64,000 nt of DNA from an uncultured Chloroflexia bacterium. GTDB lineage: Bacteria; Chloroflexota; Anaerolineae; Anaerolineales; Villigracilaceae. This document shows positions 51,428-62,192 of the stretch, in pieces. The stretch's first letter is position 1. The number at the start of each line of letters is the position of its first letter. The notes under the pieces are model-generated. The model did not search any database. It had not been told where the DNA came from and saw only the letters and a list, made by a program, of their open reading frames with translations. Position numbers and translations under genes: made by a program. Location of the stretch: contig CAVWDB010000006.1 of NCBI GenBank assembly GCA_963753655.1, positions 684,693 through 748,692 on the forward strand. Reading direction: 5' to 3'.

Positions 51428-52015
51428 ATGACACCTGACACTTCCTACCTCCTCATCGGTCTCGGCAACCCGGGACGTGAATATCAATATAACCGCCACA
51501 ACTTTGGCTTCATGCTCATTGACCGTATCGCAGTGCGCCTCAATGCACGCGGCATGAAAGTGCAATCGAAAGCCATTGTCACTTCTGCGATGTATGATGA
51601 TTTCAAACTCATCCTCGGGAAGCCGCAGACGTATATGAACTTGTCGGGACAATCCATTCAGGGATTGGCACACTTCTATAAACTACCTCTCGAAAATATG
51701 CTGGTCGCCCACGATGATCTTGACATTCCATTCGGAACCATTCGCCTGCGTCCCGGTGGAGGTCCCGGCGGGCAAAAGGGAGTCGCTTCAACAATTGAAC
51801 GACTCGGCACAAAGAGTTTTGCGCGTCTGCGCCTGGGTATTGGTCGTCCGCCCGGCAGGATGGACCCCGCCGCATATGTCTTGCAGAATTTCTCGCGTGA
51901 CGAAGAGAAGATACTCTCCGAAGTCCTTGACCGCGCCGCCGATGCCGCGCTTGAATTCGTGAAGAACGGCTTGGATAAGGCGATGAATAAATTCAATAGT
52001 GGTACGAAAGAGTAA
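51428..52015 (+). CDS. pth: Peptidyl-tRNA hydrolase
   Basis: GLGNPG, RHNFGF, KPQTYMNLSG, HDDLD, RLRLGIGRP. Confidence 0.95.
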   Translation: MTPDTSYLLIGLGNPGREYQYNRHNFGFMLIDRIAVRLNARGMKVQSKAIVTSAMYDDFKLILGKPQTYMNLSGQSIQGLAHFYKLPLENMLVAHDDLDIPFGTIRLRPGGGPGGQKGVASTIERLGTKSFARLRLGIGRPPGRMDPAAYVLQNFSRDEEKILSEVLDRAADAALEFVKNGLDKAMNKFNSGTKE

Positions 52016-52176
52016 TACTCCGGCGGTCGAGTGCGCCGAAGGCGTGTATCGAGACCACCACTAACCAAAGTTCTTTTGCTTACATGCTGGTCTCGATATG
52101 CCCTTCGCAAAAACCGCTCACCTGTGCCTGCGGCAAGGTGCAGGCAGGGCTACTCGACCAGCAGTGAATAAGTGTT

Positions 52177-55100
52177 ATGCAACTCATATTAGATCACATC
52201 CGCTCTCTCTCTCAATATCAGCAATTGCTGACGCAACTCCAAACCGATGGGCAACTCCCCGGCTTGGGGTTGCCACGCGCCACACGCCTGCCCATCCTTG
52301 CCGCGTTGCATGGAGATTTGAACCAGCCCATCCTGCTCATCACTGATCGCGCTGACCATGCGCTGTCTTTGTTTGATGAGTTGGGGTTTTGGGTCAAGTC
52401 GCCGCGCTATCATTTTGCGGAGCCGAATCCGTTATTCTATGAACAAGCTGCGTGGGGAGTGGCAACGCGGCGCGAGCGTTTGCAGACTCTCATTGCTTTA
52501 TCTGAATATCATCTGCCATTTGCGACGAAACCTGAAACACCACCGATCTTTGTAACATCCGTCCGTTCGTTGATGACGCGCACATTGCCTCGACGGGATT
52601 TCCTCAAGGCATGTAAAAAATTATCCGTAAATCAAACCGTACAACCCGATGCGCTTACTCACAGTTGGTCTGAGATCGGATATCAACGCGTCAACACCGT
52701 CCTTGAGCCGGGTCAATTCTCGAAGCGCGGCGGCATCATGGATTTGTGGACTCCCGCCGAGACTCTACCTGTCCGCTTGGATTTCTTTGGCGATGAGATT
52801 GAGACCATTCGCAGGTTTGATCCCGCTTCGCAAAGAACCGTTGAGAAGTTGGATTCGATCCTTGTTACGCCTGCAAGAGAATATATAGCTTCGGGTGAAC
52901 AGGAAACAGAACTCTCGGAATTTCATATCCCGCTATTGCATAATCAGCCCGCGAGTTTGCTGGATTATCTTCCGCAAAAAACAATCGTGTTGATCGACGA
53001 CCTGTCCATTGTGGAGAGCATGGCGGCGGAGGTGGAGGAGCAGGCTGTCCGATTTAGGAAAGAGAGTATTGAGGAGGAAGTTCTCTCTGCTGATTTCCCG
53101 TTGCCATATATCCCGTGGTCTGAGTTGCATGATGGATTGCATGGACGAACTTCCTTGGAGTTAGGCTTTTCTACTGTAGGCGCTTCTCCCTCACCCCTAA
53201 CCCCTCTCCCTCAGGGAGAGGGGGACTCGTCCCTCTCTTCGCAATTTAGCCACGATGAAAGGTTTGGGGGGAGGCTAAAGCCTTTTGTCGAATATGCAGG
53301 CTCGATCGTAGAAAGAGGCGGGCAGATCGTTGTGGTGTCGCGCCAGTCGCCGCGTCTGTATGAGATGTGGTTGGAAAATCAAGACGATAGACCTCAGACC
53401 ATAGACGATGAAACGGTCAATGGTCCATCGTCTATGGTCGAGTTCATTGAGTCGTCTTTGTCTGAAGGATTCGTGCTTGGCAACCTGCATCTCATCACTG
53501 ACTCCGAAGTCTTTGGTTGGGAACGTCCGCAACCGCGCACGCGTCAGCGACAAGTGGCAGAGACGCCCGAATCGATCTATGCAGATTTACAGACGGGTGA
53601 TTATGTTGTTCACATTGACCATGGCATAGGGCGTTTTAGCGGGTTGGTGCAGCGTGAACTCGATCACCATTTGCGCGAGTTTTTATCGGTGGAGTACGAG
53701 GGCGGCGGGCAGTTGTATGTGCCTGTGCATCAGGCGGATCGGTTGACGCGTTATGTGGGCGCGGAGGGGGCGGCGCCAGCGCTGGATCGTTTGGGCGGGC
53801 AGGAGTGGCATGAGAAGAAGGGACGCGTCAAGCAGGCGGTGTTGGAAGTTGCTCAGGACATGTTGGATTTGTATGCGCGGCGCAATGTGGTGCAGGGGTA
53901 CGCGTTCAAGGCCGATACTGCATGGCAAAAGGAGTTGGAAGATTCGTTTCCGTATGTTGAGACCGAAGACCAGGTGCGTGCGCTGAAAGATATCAAGCGT
54001 GACATGGAAGCGCCGCGCCCGATGGATCGTTTGTTGTGCGGTGATGTGGGCTATGGCAAAACAGAAGTGGCGTTGCGCGCCGCGTTCAAGGCAGTGATGG
54101 ATGGCAAGCAGGTTGCGATACTCGTTCCCACAACCGTGTTGGCGCAACAACATTATGAAACCTTTTTACAAAGGCTCGCCGCGTATCCCGTGAAAGTGGA
54201 AATGCTTTCACGTTTTAGAACGCAACGCGAGCAAACCAGCATCGTGCATGGACTTGCCATCGGCGCAATTGATATCGTCGTTGGCACGCATCGTTTGATG
54301 TCTGGTGATGTGCAATTCAAGAATCTTGGTTTGGTTGTCATTGATGAAGAGCAGCGCTTTGGCGTGACGCACAAGGAGCATCTCAAAAAACTTCGCACCG
54401 AAGTGGATGTTCTCACTCTTACCGCCACGCCCATTCCGCGCACGCTTTATATGGCGCTCACGGGCGTGCGCGATATTTCCAATCTCAATACGCCGCCTGA
54501 GGAGCGCCTGCCTATCGTCACGCATGTCGGTCCCTATTCGCCGAAACTGGTGCGTCAGGCAATCTTGCGTGAGATCGAACGTGGCGGGCAAATTTTCTTT
54601 GTGCATAACCGCGTGCAAACCATTGAGGCGATGAAGGCGCATTTGAATCAACTTGTCCCCGAAGCGCGTGTGGATATCGGTCATGGGCAGATGCCCGAAA
54701 CGCAATTGGCTTCTGTAATGCACCGTTTCAATTTGGGCGAGACGGATATTCTGTTTATCAACAACTATTATTGAATTTGGATTGGATATCCCGAACGCGA
54801 ATACTCTCATCGTAGACCGCGCCGACACCTTCGGCTTGGCTCAACTCTATCAACTACGCGGCAGGGTCGGACGTGGGGCTGCGCGCGCCTACTCCTACTT
54901 TTTCCGCCACAATAAGATGACTCCCACACAAGAAGGGCAACAGAGACTCGAAGTCATTGCCGAGAACACGCAACTCGGCGCGGGCTATTCGATTGCCATG
55001 CGCGACCTTGAGATTCGCGGTGCAGGTGACTTGCTCGGCACACGACAGTCGGGTCATATTCAAGCGGTAGGATTTCATTTGTATACGCGCTTGTTGGCGG

Positions 55101-55639
55101 ATGCAGTCAGGCAGATTAGGCGCATCGAATTATCGAGAGATGAAACGAAAGAAGAACCCTTCGACTCGGCTCAGGGCAAGCGAGGAAAGACTGAAATTAC
55201 GCTGTCGAGTTTGAGTCAACCGATTTCTATGCCCGTGAACGTGGATTTGCCTCTCGCGGTTGGAATCCCTGCTGATTACATCGCCGATCAGGATTTGCGT
55301 CTGCGACTATATCGTCGCATAGCGGACTTGCGCGATGAAACCGAGATCGATGCACTGGCGTCTGAGTTCAGAGATCGCTTCGGTCAATTGCCGGAGATGA
55401 CGCAAAACCTGTTCTATCAAATGCGTGTCAAATTGCGCGCCGAGAAGGCGGGGTTGTCTTCGATCAATTGGGAGAGTGGGCAGATCGTTTTACGGTATCC
55501 AATATTGGGAGAGGAAAAAGGCGGGAAACAACTTGCAGATTTAGGTCCAGGCATTCGCGGAGGCAAGTCCGCGTATTGGTGCTCGTTTGGGGAGACGTGG
55601 TCGTCCAAGTTGTTGGATGTGTTGGTTAAAATCATTTAG
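52177..55639 (+). CDS. mfd: Transcription-repair coupling factor (frameshift near 54757)
   Basis: RID (VVHIDHGIG), [41 protein letters not shown]-terminus. Confidence 0.95.
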
Positions 55640-55657
55640 TTTCTCTTGTAGCATGCA

Positions 55658-56512
55658 CTAACCTTCCTGACGATAGTGTTTTGCATTCAAGCGCGGTTGA
55701 GAGCCGTCTAGATCAGTAACACCGTAGATGTCAGCAAGATCGCTAACGTCCATGAGTTTCCCTGTAAAACGCATGACATCAGGGTCGCTCGCTAACGCAG
55801 CGATGCCTCGGGCAGCGTAGTGTGGTGTCTCGGTCTGTCCTTCGAGTTCATCCATCGTGTGATGAGTAAACATTATCTCGGTTCGCATCCACCCTGGAGC
55901 AACTGCAATCACCGGAATGCCCTTATCTTTGAGGTGGTAACCCAGGACATAGACCAAACGATTTTTAGCAGCCTTGCTGGCCTCATAAGGCGTCCACATT
56001 GGCGGTTCGGCGGTGTGCCAGGTAGTGGTGATAATGAGACCTTTTTGGATGGGACCCATCAGATATTTGAGCACCAACAGGCTGGTAATATAATCCGAGT
56101 ACGGTCCCGCCAAAAGCATATGTTTGAACTGGTCCAGCGGCTCTTCCCAGACTTCCTCACCTGACTCCGACTCGTCATGTGGGTCATGCGCGCCCCACGC
56201 ATTATTCACGAGGATATCCAGCTTGCCGTGTTGTTTTCCAATGTAATCAACAAGCGCTTTTACCGCTGTAGTATCGGTATGATCACACTTGACGGCCTCA
56301 GCCTTACCTCCAGCTTCGTGGACCGCATCAACTGTGTCATCAATCGTCGTGTCAGGCAGCTCGCTCTGGGTGCTATGACCACTTGTACTCCGACCCGTAA
56401 CGATGACATGTGCACCAGCCTGAGCAAGTTCCAGAGCAACCGCTTTGCCCAAACCTCTGGAAGCGCCTGTTACCAGCGCAATTTTTCCTGTTAATTTCTG
56501 TACCTCGTTCAT
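55658..56512 (-). CDS. SDR oxidoreductase (DHRS1-like)
   Basis: TGASRGLG, LVNNA, YEASK. Confidence 0.9.
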   Translation of the reverse strand: MNEVQKLTGKIALVTGASRGLGKAVALELAQAGAHVIVTGRSTSGHSTQSELPDTTIDDTVDAVHEAGGKAEAVKCDHTDTTAVKALVDYIGKQHGKLDILVNNAWGAHDPHDESESGEEVWEEPLDQFKHMLLAGPYSDYITSLLVLKYLMGPIQKGLIITTTWHTAEPPMWTPYEASKAAKNRLVYVLGYHLKDKGIPVIAVAPGWMRTEIMFTHHTMDELEGQTETPHYAARGIAALASDPDVMRFTGKLMDVSDLADIYGVTDLDGSQPRLNAKHYRQEG

Positions 56513-56711
56513 AGATACCTTTATCCTCTCTTTCTTGATCTTGACTATCAGTAATTCTCAAAAGTCGCATAAACTGTACTACAACCTGCTAAGACAGACT
56601 TTGGCATCGGGGAGATTTGAGCTGCGGAGTGCCGCCTGGCTAGGGTTTAGGCGGTCGTAGATTAAGATTAGAAGAGCAGATTATAGCACCTGCCATTAGG
56701 TCTTATACTTC

Positions 56712-56794
56712 TTCACCGCCCTCGTCGCAATATAACTGGGATGATAATTATGCAGAGGTGACTCTAGCATGTAATCTTCGTGCATGTCTGTGAT
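56712..56794 (-). pseudogene. Duplicated 3' end of the methyltransferase gene
   Basis: 83-bp diverged direct repeat of 58393-58475 encoding [17 protein letters not shown]. Confidence 0.78.
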
Positions 56795-56949
56795 GAGGAG
56801 TCTCGCGTTCGCTGTCGGCGTAGATAAAGGCTTTTTGTTGGCGGGCAGGTTCGGGGTTGGAGATGATGCGGGGTTTTGTTTAAATCAAGACACCACACGC
56901 ACGGTTTTGTCCATGTGGTGTCTATAATTGATTATTCAGTTGTAGGTGA

Positions 56950-58215
56950 TTAGCGTATCGGCAATCTTTTCAAGATATTCGCGTTGGGAATATCGCTTGA
57001 TTTCACGGTTGTCTTGAGCGGGAGCGTTTCGGTTGGCGCGCCTTGTCCGGTGAGCAGGTCCATGGTGACCTTGTCAAAGCGGTTGTCGTCGAAGACCGTG
57101 CTGTAGGCGGTTCCGAAATCAAAGTCCTCGATGAAGAGAAGCGCACCGATCTCCAAAGATTTGAAGCGATTTCCAGAGACGAACAAATCCCTGCCGGAGT
57201 ATAGGAGTCCGGTCGTGCCAGTCGGATCCTGTGTGCGCCCTGCAAATTGGTTGTTTACGATCTGGGCGGCAGACGCTTGATTGGCGATGAGATCGATATT
57301 GACATTTTCGATGGTGTTGTTGGAGACTTCCATGTTGGAAGTGCTGAACGTGACGATCCCGGTGCCTGGATACGGATAGGGATCTGCCGTGATCTGATCT
57401 TGAATCCGATTGCCTTTTATCGTGCCGGTGATGCTGTCTTGCGGATCAGCAAAGCCATATCCACCGAAGAAAATTCCCCACTGGTCGACCACGTCGTTCG
57501 GACCCGACCCGATCACTGTGTTATTAACCACATTTACAGTAAAGTTTGCAAGTGTGGGATTGCCCGGATCAGTTTCCGCGAATACGGTGATGCCGCTGGT
57601 GTTGTAGTTGATGACTTGATTCTCCGCGATGGTGACTGTCCGTGGGGTGGTTCCAAAGTTAACTGCGATGATCCCTTCGCCCTGATAGATTGGTTCTCCA
57701 TCGACGATCGGGAGGGTCGGTTCCCCGAAGCCCACATCCTTAACCAGGTTATCGCGGATCAAACCATCGGCGCTGACAAAGGTAATTCCTTGCAGGAAAG
57801 GATTGTTTTCAGCCGAGTTTGCGCCGTCAACAGTCAAACCTCGTATGGTCACATCTGCATCGGTGACCAGGATGATCGGTCTCCCCTCCGCTCCGGCAAT
57901 AGGGGATAATGTATCTTCCATTGCGGCAGGCGCTTGAACCGTTGCACCGCGCAGTCCGATCAGTTTTAGATTCTTTCCTGCTATCACAACCTGTTCGACG
58001 TATGTCCCTGCTCGGATGGTGATCCATCCACCGTCATTCGCGGCATCCACAGCGGATTGGATGGATGAAAAACACCGTCCCGCTCCTGTGGGGCTGACGC
58101 ACAATAACCCGGACGCGTGGGCTACGCCGTTTCCCAATGCCGCCGCGACCAGCAACAGCGATAGCGCAATCAGTATCCCTTTGTTGAATGATCTTGAAAG
58201 TTTCAAGTAGTTCAT
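56950..58215 (-). CDS. Secreted right-handed beta-helix (pectin lyase-like) protein
   Basis: Signal peptide, SIQSAVDAA, AGTYVE, repeated xxNN.. beta-helix rungs. Confidence 0.8.
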   Translation of the reverse strand: MNYLKLSRSFNKGILIALSLLLVAAALGNGVAHASGLLCVSPTGAGRCFSSIQSAVDAANDGGWITIRAGTYVEQVVIAGKNLKLIGLRGATVQAPAAMEDTLSPIAGAEGRPIILVTDADVTIRGLTVDGANSAENNPFLQGITFVSADGLIRDNLVKDVGFGEPTLPIVDGEPIYQGEGIIAVNFGTTPRTVTIAENQVINYNTSGITVFAETDPGNPTLANFTVNVVNNTVIGSGPNDVVDQWGIFFGGYGFADPQDSITGTIKGNRIQDQITADPYPYPGTGIVTFSTSNMEVSNNTIENVNIDLIANQASAAQIVNNQFAGRTQDPTGTTGLLYSGRDLFVSGNRFKSLEIGALLFIEDFDFGTAYSTVFDDNRFDKVTMDLLTGQGAPTETLPLKTTVKSSDIPNANILKRLPIR

Positions 58216-58385
58216 AATGTCCTCCGATTTATGAATGATGTGAATATTGCGGTCATTATATCTTGGCTCTTATGGCTATCGTTTCACTTTGCAAATTTGT
58301 CGATGGAAATATGTCGGCTTTGTCCCCAGTTCGCAAAAGGTTGTGCCTGCCTGTATCTGACCGTAATTACGAAACCACAGTAGAT

Positions 58386-59156
58386 TTATTGTTTCACCGC
58401 CCTCGTCGCAATATAGCTGGGATGATAATTATGCAGGGGTGAATCCATCATAAAGTCTTCGTACATGGCTGTGATAACGAGCCCTGCGTCCAATTGTCCA
58501 CCGAGTAGGTCAGTGAGGGAGTGACCGAATTCGACTGGCAAGCCTTTTTCAATATATTCGTTCAGATCTTCTTCTGAGAGACTCGTGAGGTCGGAATAGG
58601 GTATGGAATATGCAACTTCCAGTACGCCCTCATCCGCTTTAAATAGATCGAAAATATAGTGAACGGGGTTCATCGAGCCGGTCATCAAGATTCCGTTTGA
58701 GCGCAGGACGCGCGAACATTCTCTCCACACGGCGCGGACATCAGCCATGAAAACTGTTGAACAAGGATTGAAGATCAGATCGAAAGATTCGTCCGCGAAA
58801 ATGGATAGGTCCGCGGCGTCGCCTTCGATGGTATTAATGGTCAACGCTTCTCTCTCAGCCACAAGTTGGTCCTGTTTCAATTGGGCGGGGGAGTTGTCGA
58901 AGACGGTCACATTCGCGCCAAGCGCAGCCAGGACGGGTCCCTGTTGCCCGCCGCCTGAAGCAAGGCAAAGCACATCGGCTCCTTTAAGTGGAGGAAACCA
59001 ACGATGAGGTACAGAAATATTTTCAGTGAGCAATATGCTGAATTCACCCTTTCTAGCCTTGGCAATGACTTCAGAATCAAATGGTTTTGTCCAGCGGCTT
59101 TCGCCGCCTTCGACTTCGCGGTTCCATGCTTCTTTGTTGTATGAGTGTGGGTCCAT
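58386..59156 (-). CDS. Class I SAM-dependent methyltransferase
   Basis: [22 protein letters not shown]. Confidence 0.9.
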   Translation of the reverse strand: MDPHSYNKEAWNREVEGGESRWTKPFDSEVIAKARKGEFSILLTENISVPHRWFPPLKGADVLCLASGGGQQGPVLAALGANVTVFDNSPAQLKQDQLVAEREALTINTIEGDAADLSIFADESFDLIFNPCSTVFMADVRAVWRECSRVLRSNGILMTGSMNPVHYIFDLFKADEGVLEVAYSIPYSDLTSLSEEDLNEYIEKGLPVEFGHSLTDLLGGQLDAGLVITAMYEDFMMDSPLHNYHPSYIATRAVKQ

Positions 59157-59416
59157 GTTGTTTTCTCCTTTATGTGCTAACGGCGCGAGTGCGTCGCACC
59201 TTGCTCGATGAGATAAATCTTGTCGGGTAATTTTGCTTATTAATGAGGCGGATCCACCCGCGTGGTGCGACGCACCCTCTTGGCAGGTATTGTAAAAGGG
59301 GAGAGAGAGCTTGTCGAGGCAGAAGCAGCTTTCGGTTAAGAGAGACGCGTTTAAACGTTACGGGACAAGCCTGCGTGGAGCTTGTCCCGTTTACGTGAGG
59401 AGAAGAGCCTATGAGG

Positions 59417-60661
59417 TTAATTCGTTGTGGCAGGCTCTGCAGATGGAATAGGATCTTGATGAACTTTGTTGAGCACGGCAAATCCGATGGTTGCCAGCGT
59501 GCCGATCAGCCCGCAAAGTATCCACAGCAGATTGGGGTTGGGTCCATCGAGGATAAGACCGGCAAAGTAGGGTCCAACGGTGAAAGCGATGCTCCACGTG
59601 AGACCTGAGACCGCCATATAGCGTCCGCGCATATCTTCGGGGGCAAAGCCCGCCACGATGGATTGCTGGAAGGGAGCAACAACCATTTCACCGATGGTAA
59701 TGACGATCATGGCTGTGATAAAAAGCGGATAGGTTCCTATAAAGCCATACATGGCAAATCCGACCGCGTATAGGAAAGTGCCAGCCGCCATCATCAGCAA
59801 AGGTTTGAATTTTTCGAGGCGGCGTGTGAGCCAGAATTGCAGTGCGACAACGATCAGTGCGTTGATGCTGAGCAGTGAACCGTATTTAAGCTCAGACAGT
59901 GCGCGTTCATCCCGCAGGAAGACACCCAGTGTTGAATTCATATTCATATACACAAGGGTCATCATCACAGTGACGCCGATAAACAATATAAAGGGTGTGT
60001 CTTTGAAAACACGCCCGTAGCCCGCGAAGGTCTGTTTCACAGTTTCGGGCTTGGCGTCTGGGTGCGCCTGTGGTTTGGTTTCTGGTAGCGCAAAGAAGAC
60101 GATAGCCGCGGCGATAAGGCTGATAACCGCGTCTACGAGGAAAAGGGTCAGGTACGAGTTGGCGATGAGTAACCCGGCAATGGGTGGCGCGATGATGACG
60201 GCAAGATTGAATATGACCCGGATGATGCCGTATCCTTCGGCGCGCTTCTCTGGTGGAAGTAAATCAGCAACCACCGCTTCATGCGCCGGACCTCCAATAC
60301 TGCCCAATGTGCCGACAACGATCACAACCCCGATGAAGATCGCGATCGTGGGCGCGAATCCCATGCCGATGGCGCTGAGTGAGGAAAGTATCAGGCTGGC
60401 GATGATAACTGTTTTGCGTCCCATCCGATCGGCGATGGCTCCGCCCAGTGCGGAGCCTGCCATACCAGAGACGGAAAATATTGCGAACATGATGCCTACA
60501 GTCGCCATGCCAATATCGTATTTTTCAGTAAGATACAGTGCGAAGAACGGATAGAGCATGAAACCGCCCAGGCGATCTATGAACACGATGATGTTATAGA
60601 CCCAGAATGCGCGTGGATATTCGTTATAAACGTCTCTGGTTTTTTCGAATAAATTATTCAT
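59417..60661 (-). CDS. MFS transporter
   Basis: GAIADRMGRK, about 12 TMs, PEDMRGRY. Confidence 0.9.
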   Translation of the reverse strand: MNNLFEKTRDVYNEYPRAFWVYNIIVFIDRLGGFMLYPFFALYLTEKYDIGMATVGIMFAIFSVSGMAGSALGGAIADRMGRKTVIIASLILSSLSAIGMGFAPTIAIFIGVVIVVGTLGSIGGPAHEAVVADLLPPEKRAEGYGIIRVIFNLAVIIAPPIAGLLIANSYLTLFLVDAVISLIAAAIVFFALPETKPQAHPDAKPETVKQTFAGYGRVFKDTPFILFIGVTVMMTLVYMNMNSTLGVFLRDERALSELKYGSLLSINALIVVALQFWLTRRLEKFKPLLMMAAGTFLYAVGFAMYGFIGTYPLFITAMIVITIGEMVVAPFQQSIVAGFAPEDMRGRYMAVSGLTWSIAFTVGPYFAGLILDGPNPNLLWILCGLIGTLATIGFAVLNKVHQDPIPSAEPATTN

Positions 60662-60674
60662 TGTTCTTCGTAAT

Positions 60675-60917
60675 TTATCGGGCGAAATTGCCGGAAGGTT
60701 TCTGATTGCAATTCGTAACAGGGATTTCGTATCGTTTGCGAAGTCCCTTGCCTGTTGATATCATCCAGTTGGCAAAGTTGAACATTGTACGTGTAAATAA
60801 GTTAGGATGGTAAACGTGGGATTTTATTACCAGGTCTGTCAGTCTGATCTGCTCACTTTGTTCGAGAAGATCTTGACGGTGATATTCAGCCATATATTCG
60901 TTGTGCCAGTTGTTCAT
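60675..60917 (-). CDS. Small hypothetical protein
   Basis: AAGGAG RBS, sits in ArsR-MFS operon. Confidence 0.65.
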   Translation of the reverse strand: MNNWHNEYMAEYHRQDLLEQSEQIRLTDLVIKSHVYHPNLFTRTMFNFANWMISTGKGLRKRYEIPVTNCNQKPSGNFAR

Positions 60918-60945
60918 GGAGTTACTCCTTTGGTGAAGGGTGTTA

Positions 60946-62049
60946 CTACTGATTTAATAAAAAGGCGTTGACCGCCTTGAGGGTTTTTTCGATGCGATCT
61001 TTGTTGAGAATGTAAACCTTTGAACCGCTTTCTCTCCTTTCCTGTAGATAGCCTGAGGCTGTTAACTGGGTCAGATAACGTGAAACGCTGGGTTGACTCA
61101 AATTTGTTTCTTCCATGATTTCATGCACCCGTAGTTCGCCTCTTTCGTCAACCAGTTGGAGGATATGCAGACGGGTATCGTCTGCCAGCGCGGAAAGCCT
61201 GGCAACGATTTCAGAGCGGTCCAGTTCAGGGATGCGTTCACCTGTCCCTTCGGGCTGACGAGCGCCAAAAACAATGTACAAAGTCTGGTTGGCGTAAAGG
61301 GTGTGAATGTAGGGTCCGATATGCGCATTGGGGACGAAAACAACGCGTTCGGCATGGTCGAGTTTTTCACACCAACGCGACTCGTCCAATTCCTGCCCGG
61401 TGACGAACTTTGCGGCTTCTATGCGTGTCATATTTGTCAGATCAAAACCCTTGAAGGAACGGGCTGATTCCTGAAGCATGGGTTGCACGCGTGTCCATTC
61501 GGGTGCGATGTAGGTCTCCCAAAGCCAGTTCATGTGGTTGACTAGAAAATCTTTCAATGCCGGGGGATCTACGACAAGTTCGTAGGCGCGTTTTTCGATC
61601 TTTACATCTGTATGGTCTTTTCCAAACCTTTGTTCAAGGAATGCGATGTAGGTATCTTTTGAGGCAAGCACCTTGTCCCAGTCAACGCTATCGGGACGTT
61701 CATCGTTGAGAAGAATGTTTGCATATGCGTCCAGCAATTTATCCTTGATCGCGTCGGGTTCCATGTTGCCCAATCGCACCAGATATGCAGGGAAGGTAAT
61801 ACCGCTTTCCTCGGGTATCAGGGCGTAGAAAAAGCCGATCATTGCCAGTTGGTGGTTTTCCAACTCCTTTTTCTTCATTTTCGCCTTGGTTTTCGTGACC
61901 CACTCGTGGACGCCCGGCATTCCCTCTTCCTCCTTTGCAAGAAAGAGCATACTGGAAAATATGTTTTGTGTAACTGAGAGAGAAACCTCTACAGTTTTTT
62001 CGGCTGGTCTTTCAAGAACAATGGGAAAAGGGGGCATGAGAAACTCCAA
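60946..62049 (-). CDS. ArsR-family regulator with C-terminal wHTH
   Basis: ALADDTRLHIL...LSQPSVSRYL at C-terminus. Confidence 0.85.
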   Translation of the reverse strand: MEFLMPPFPIVLERPAEKTVEVSLSVTQNIFSSMLFLAKEEEGMPGVHEWVTKTKAKMKKKELENHQLAMIGFFYALIPEESGITFPAYLVRLGNMEPDAIKDKLLDAYANILLNDERPDSVDWDKVLASKDTYIAFLEQRFGKDHTDVKIEKRAYELVVDPPALKDFLVNHMNWLWETYIAPEWTRVQPMLQESARSFKGFDLTNMTRIEAAKFVTGQELDESRWCEKLDHAERVVFVPNAHIGPYIHTLYANQTLYIVFGARQPEGTGERIPELDRSEIVARLSALADDTRLHILQLVDERGELRVHEIMEETNLSQPSVSRYLTQLTASGYLQERRESGSKVYILNKDRIEKTLKAVNAFLLNQ

Positions 62050-62192
62050 TATTCAATGTATTTACATTATTCACAAAATTGAATAATTCAAATATTTTAC
62101 CCAGAATCGGATTTTTGTCAAGGATTTTGGAATTAAAAATCCCCGTCGAAAACTCGACGAGGATCTTGAATCTCACGCTTCTTTCCCTGGCT

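Noticed and set aside
56712-58475. DGR template/variable repeat pair
   Set aside because: Mismatches are not adenine-specific and there is no reverse transcriptase in the window. The same applies to 38633/39068.
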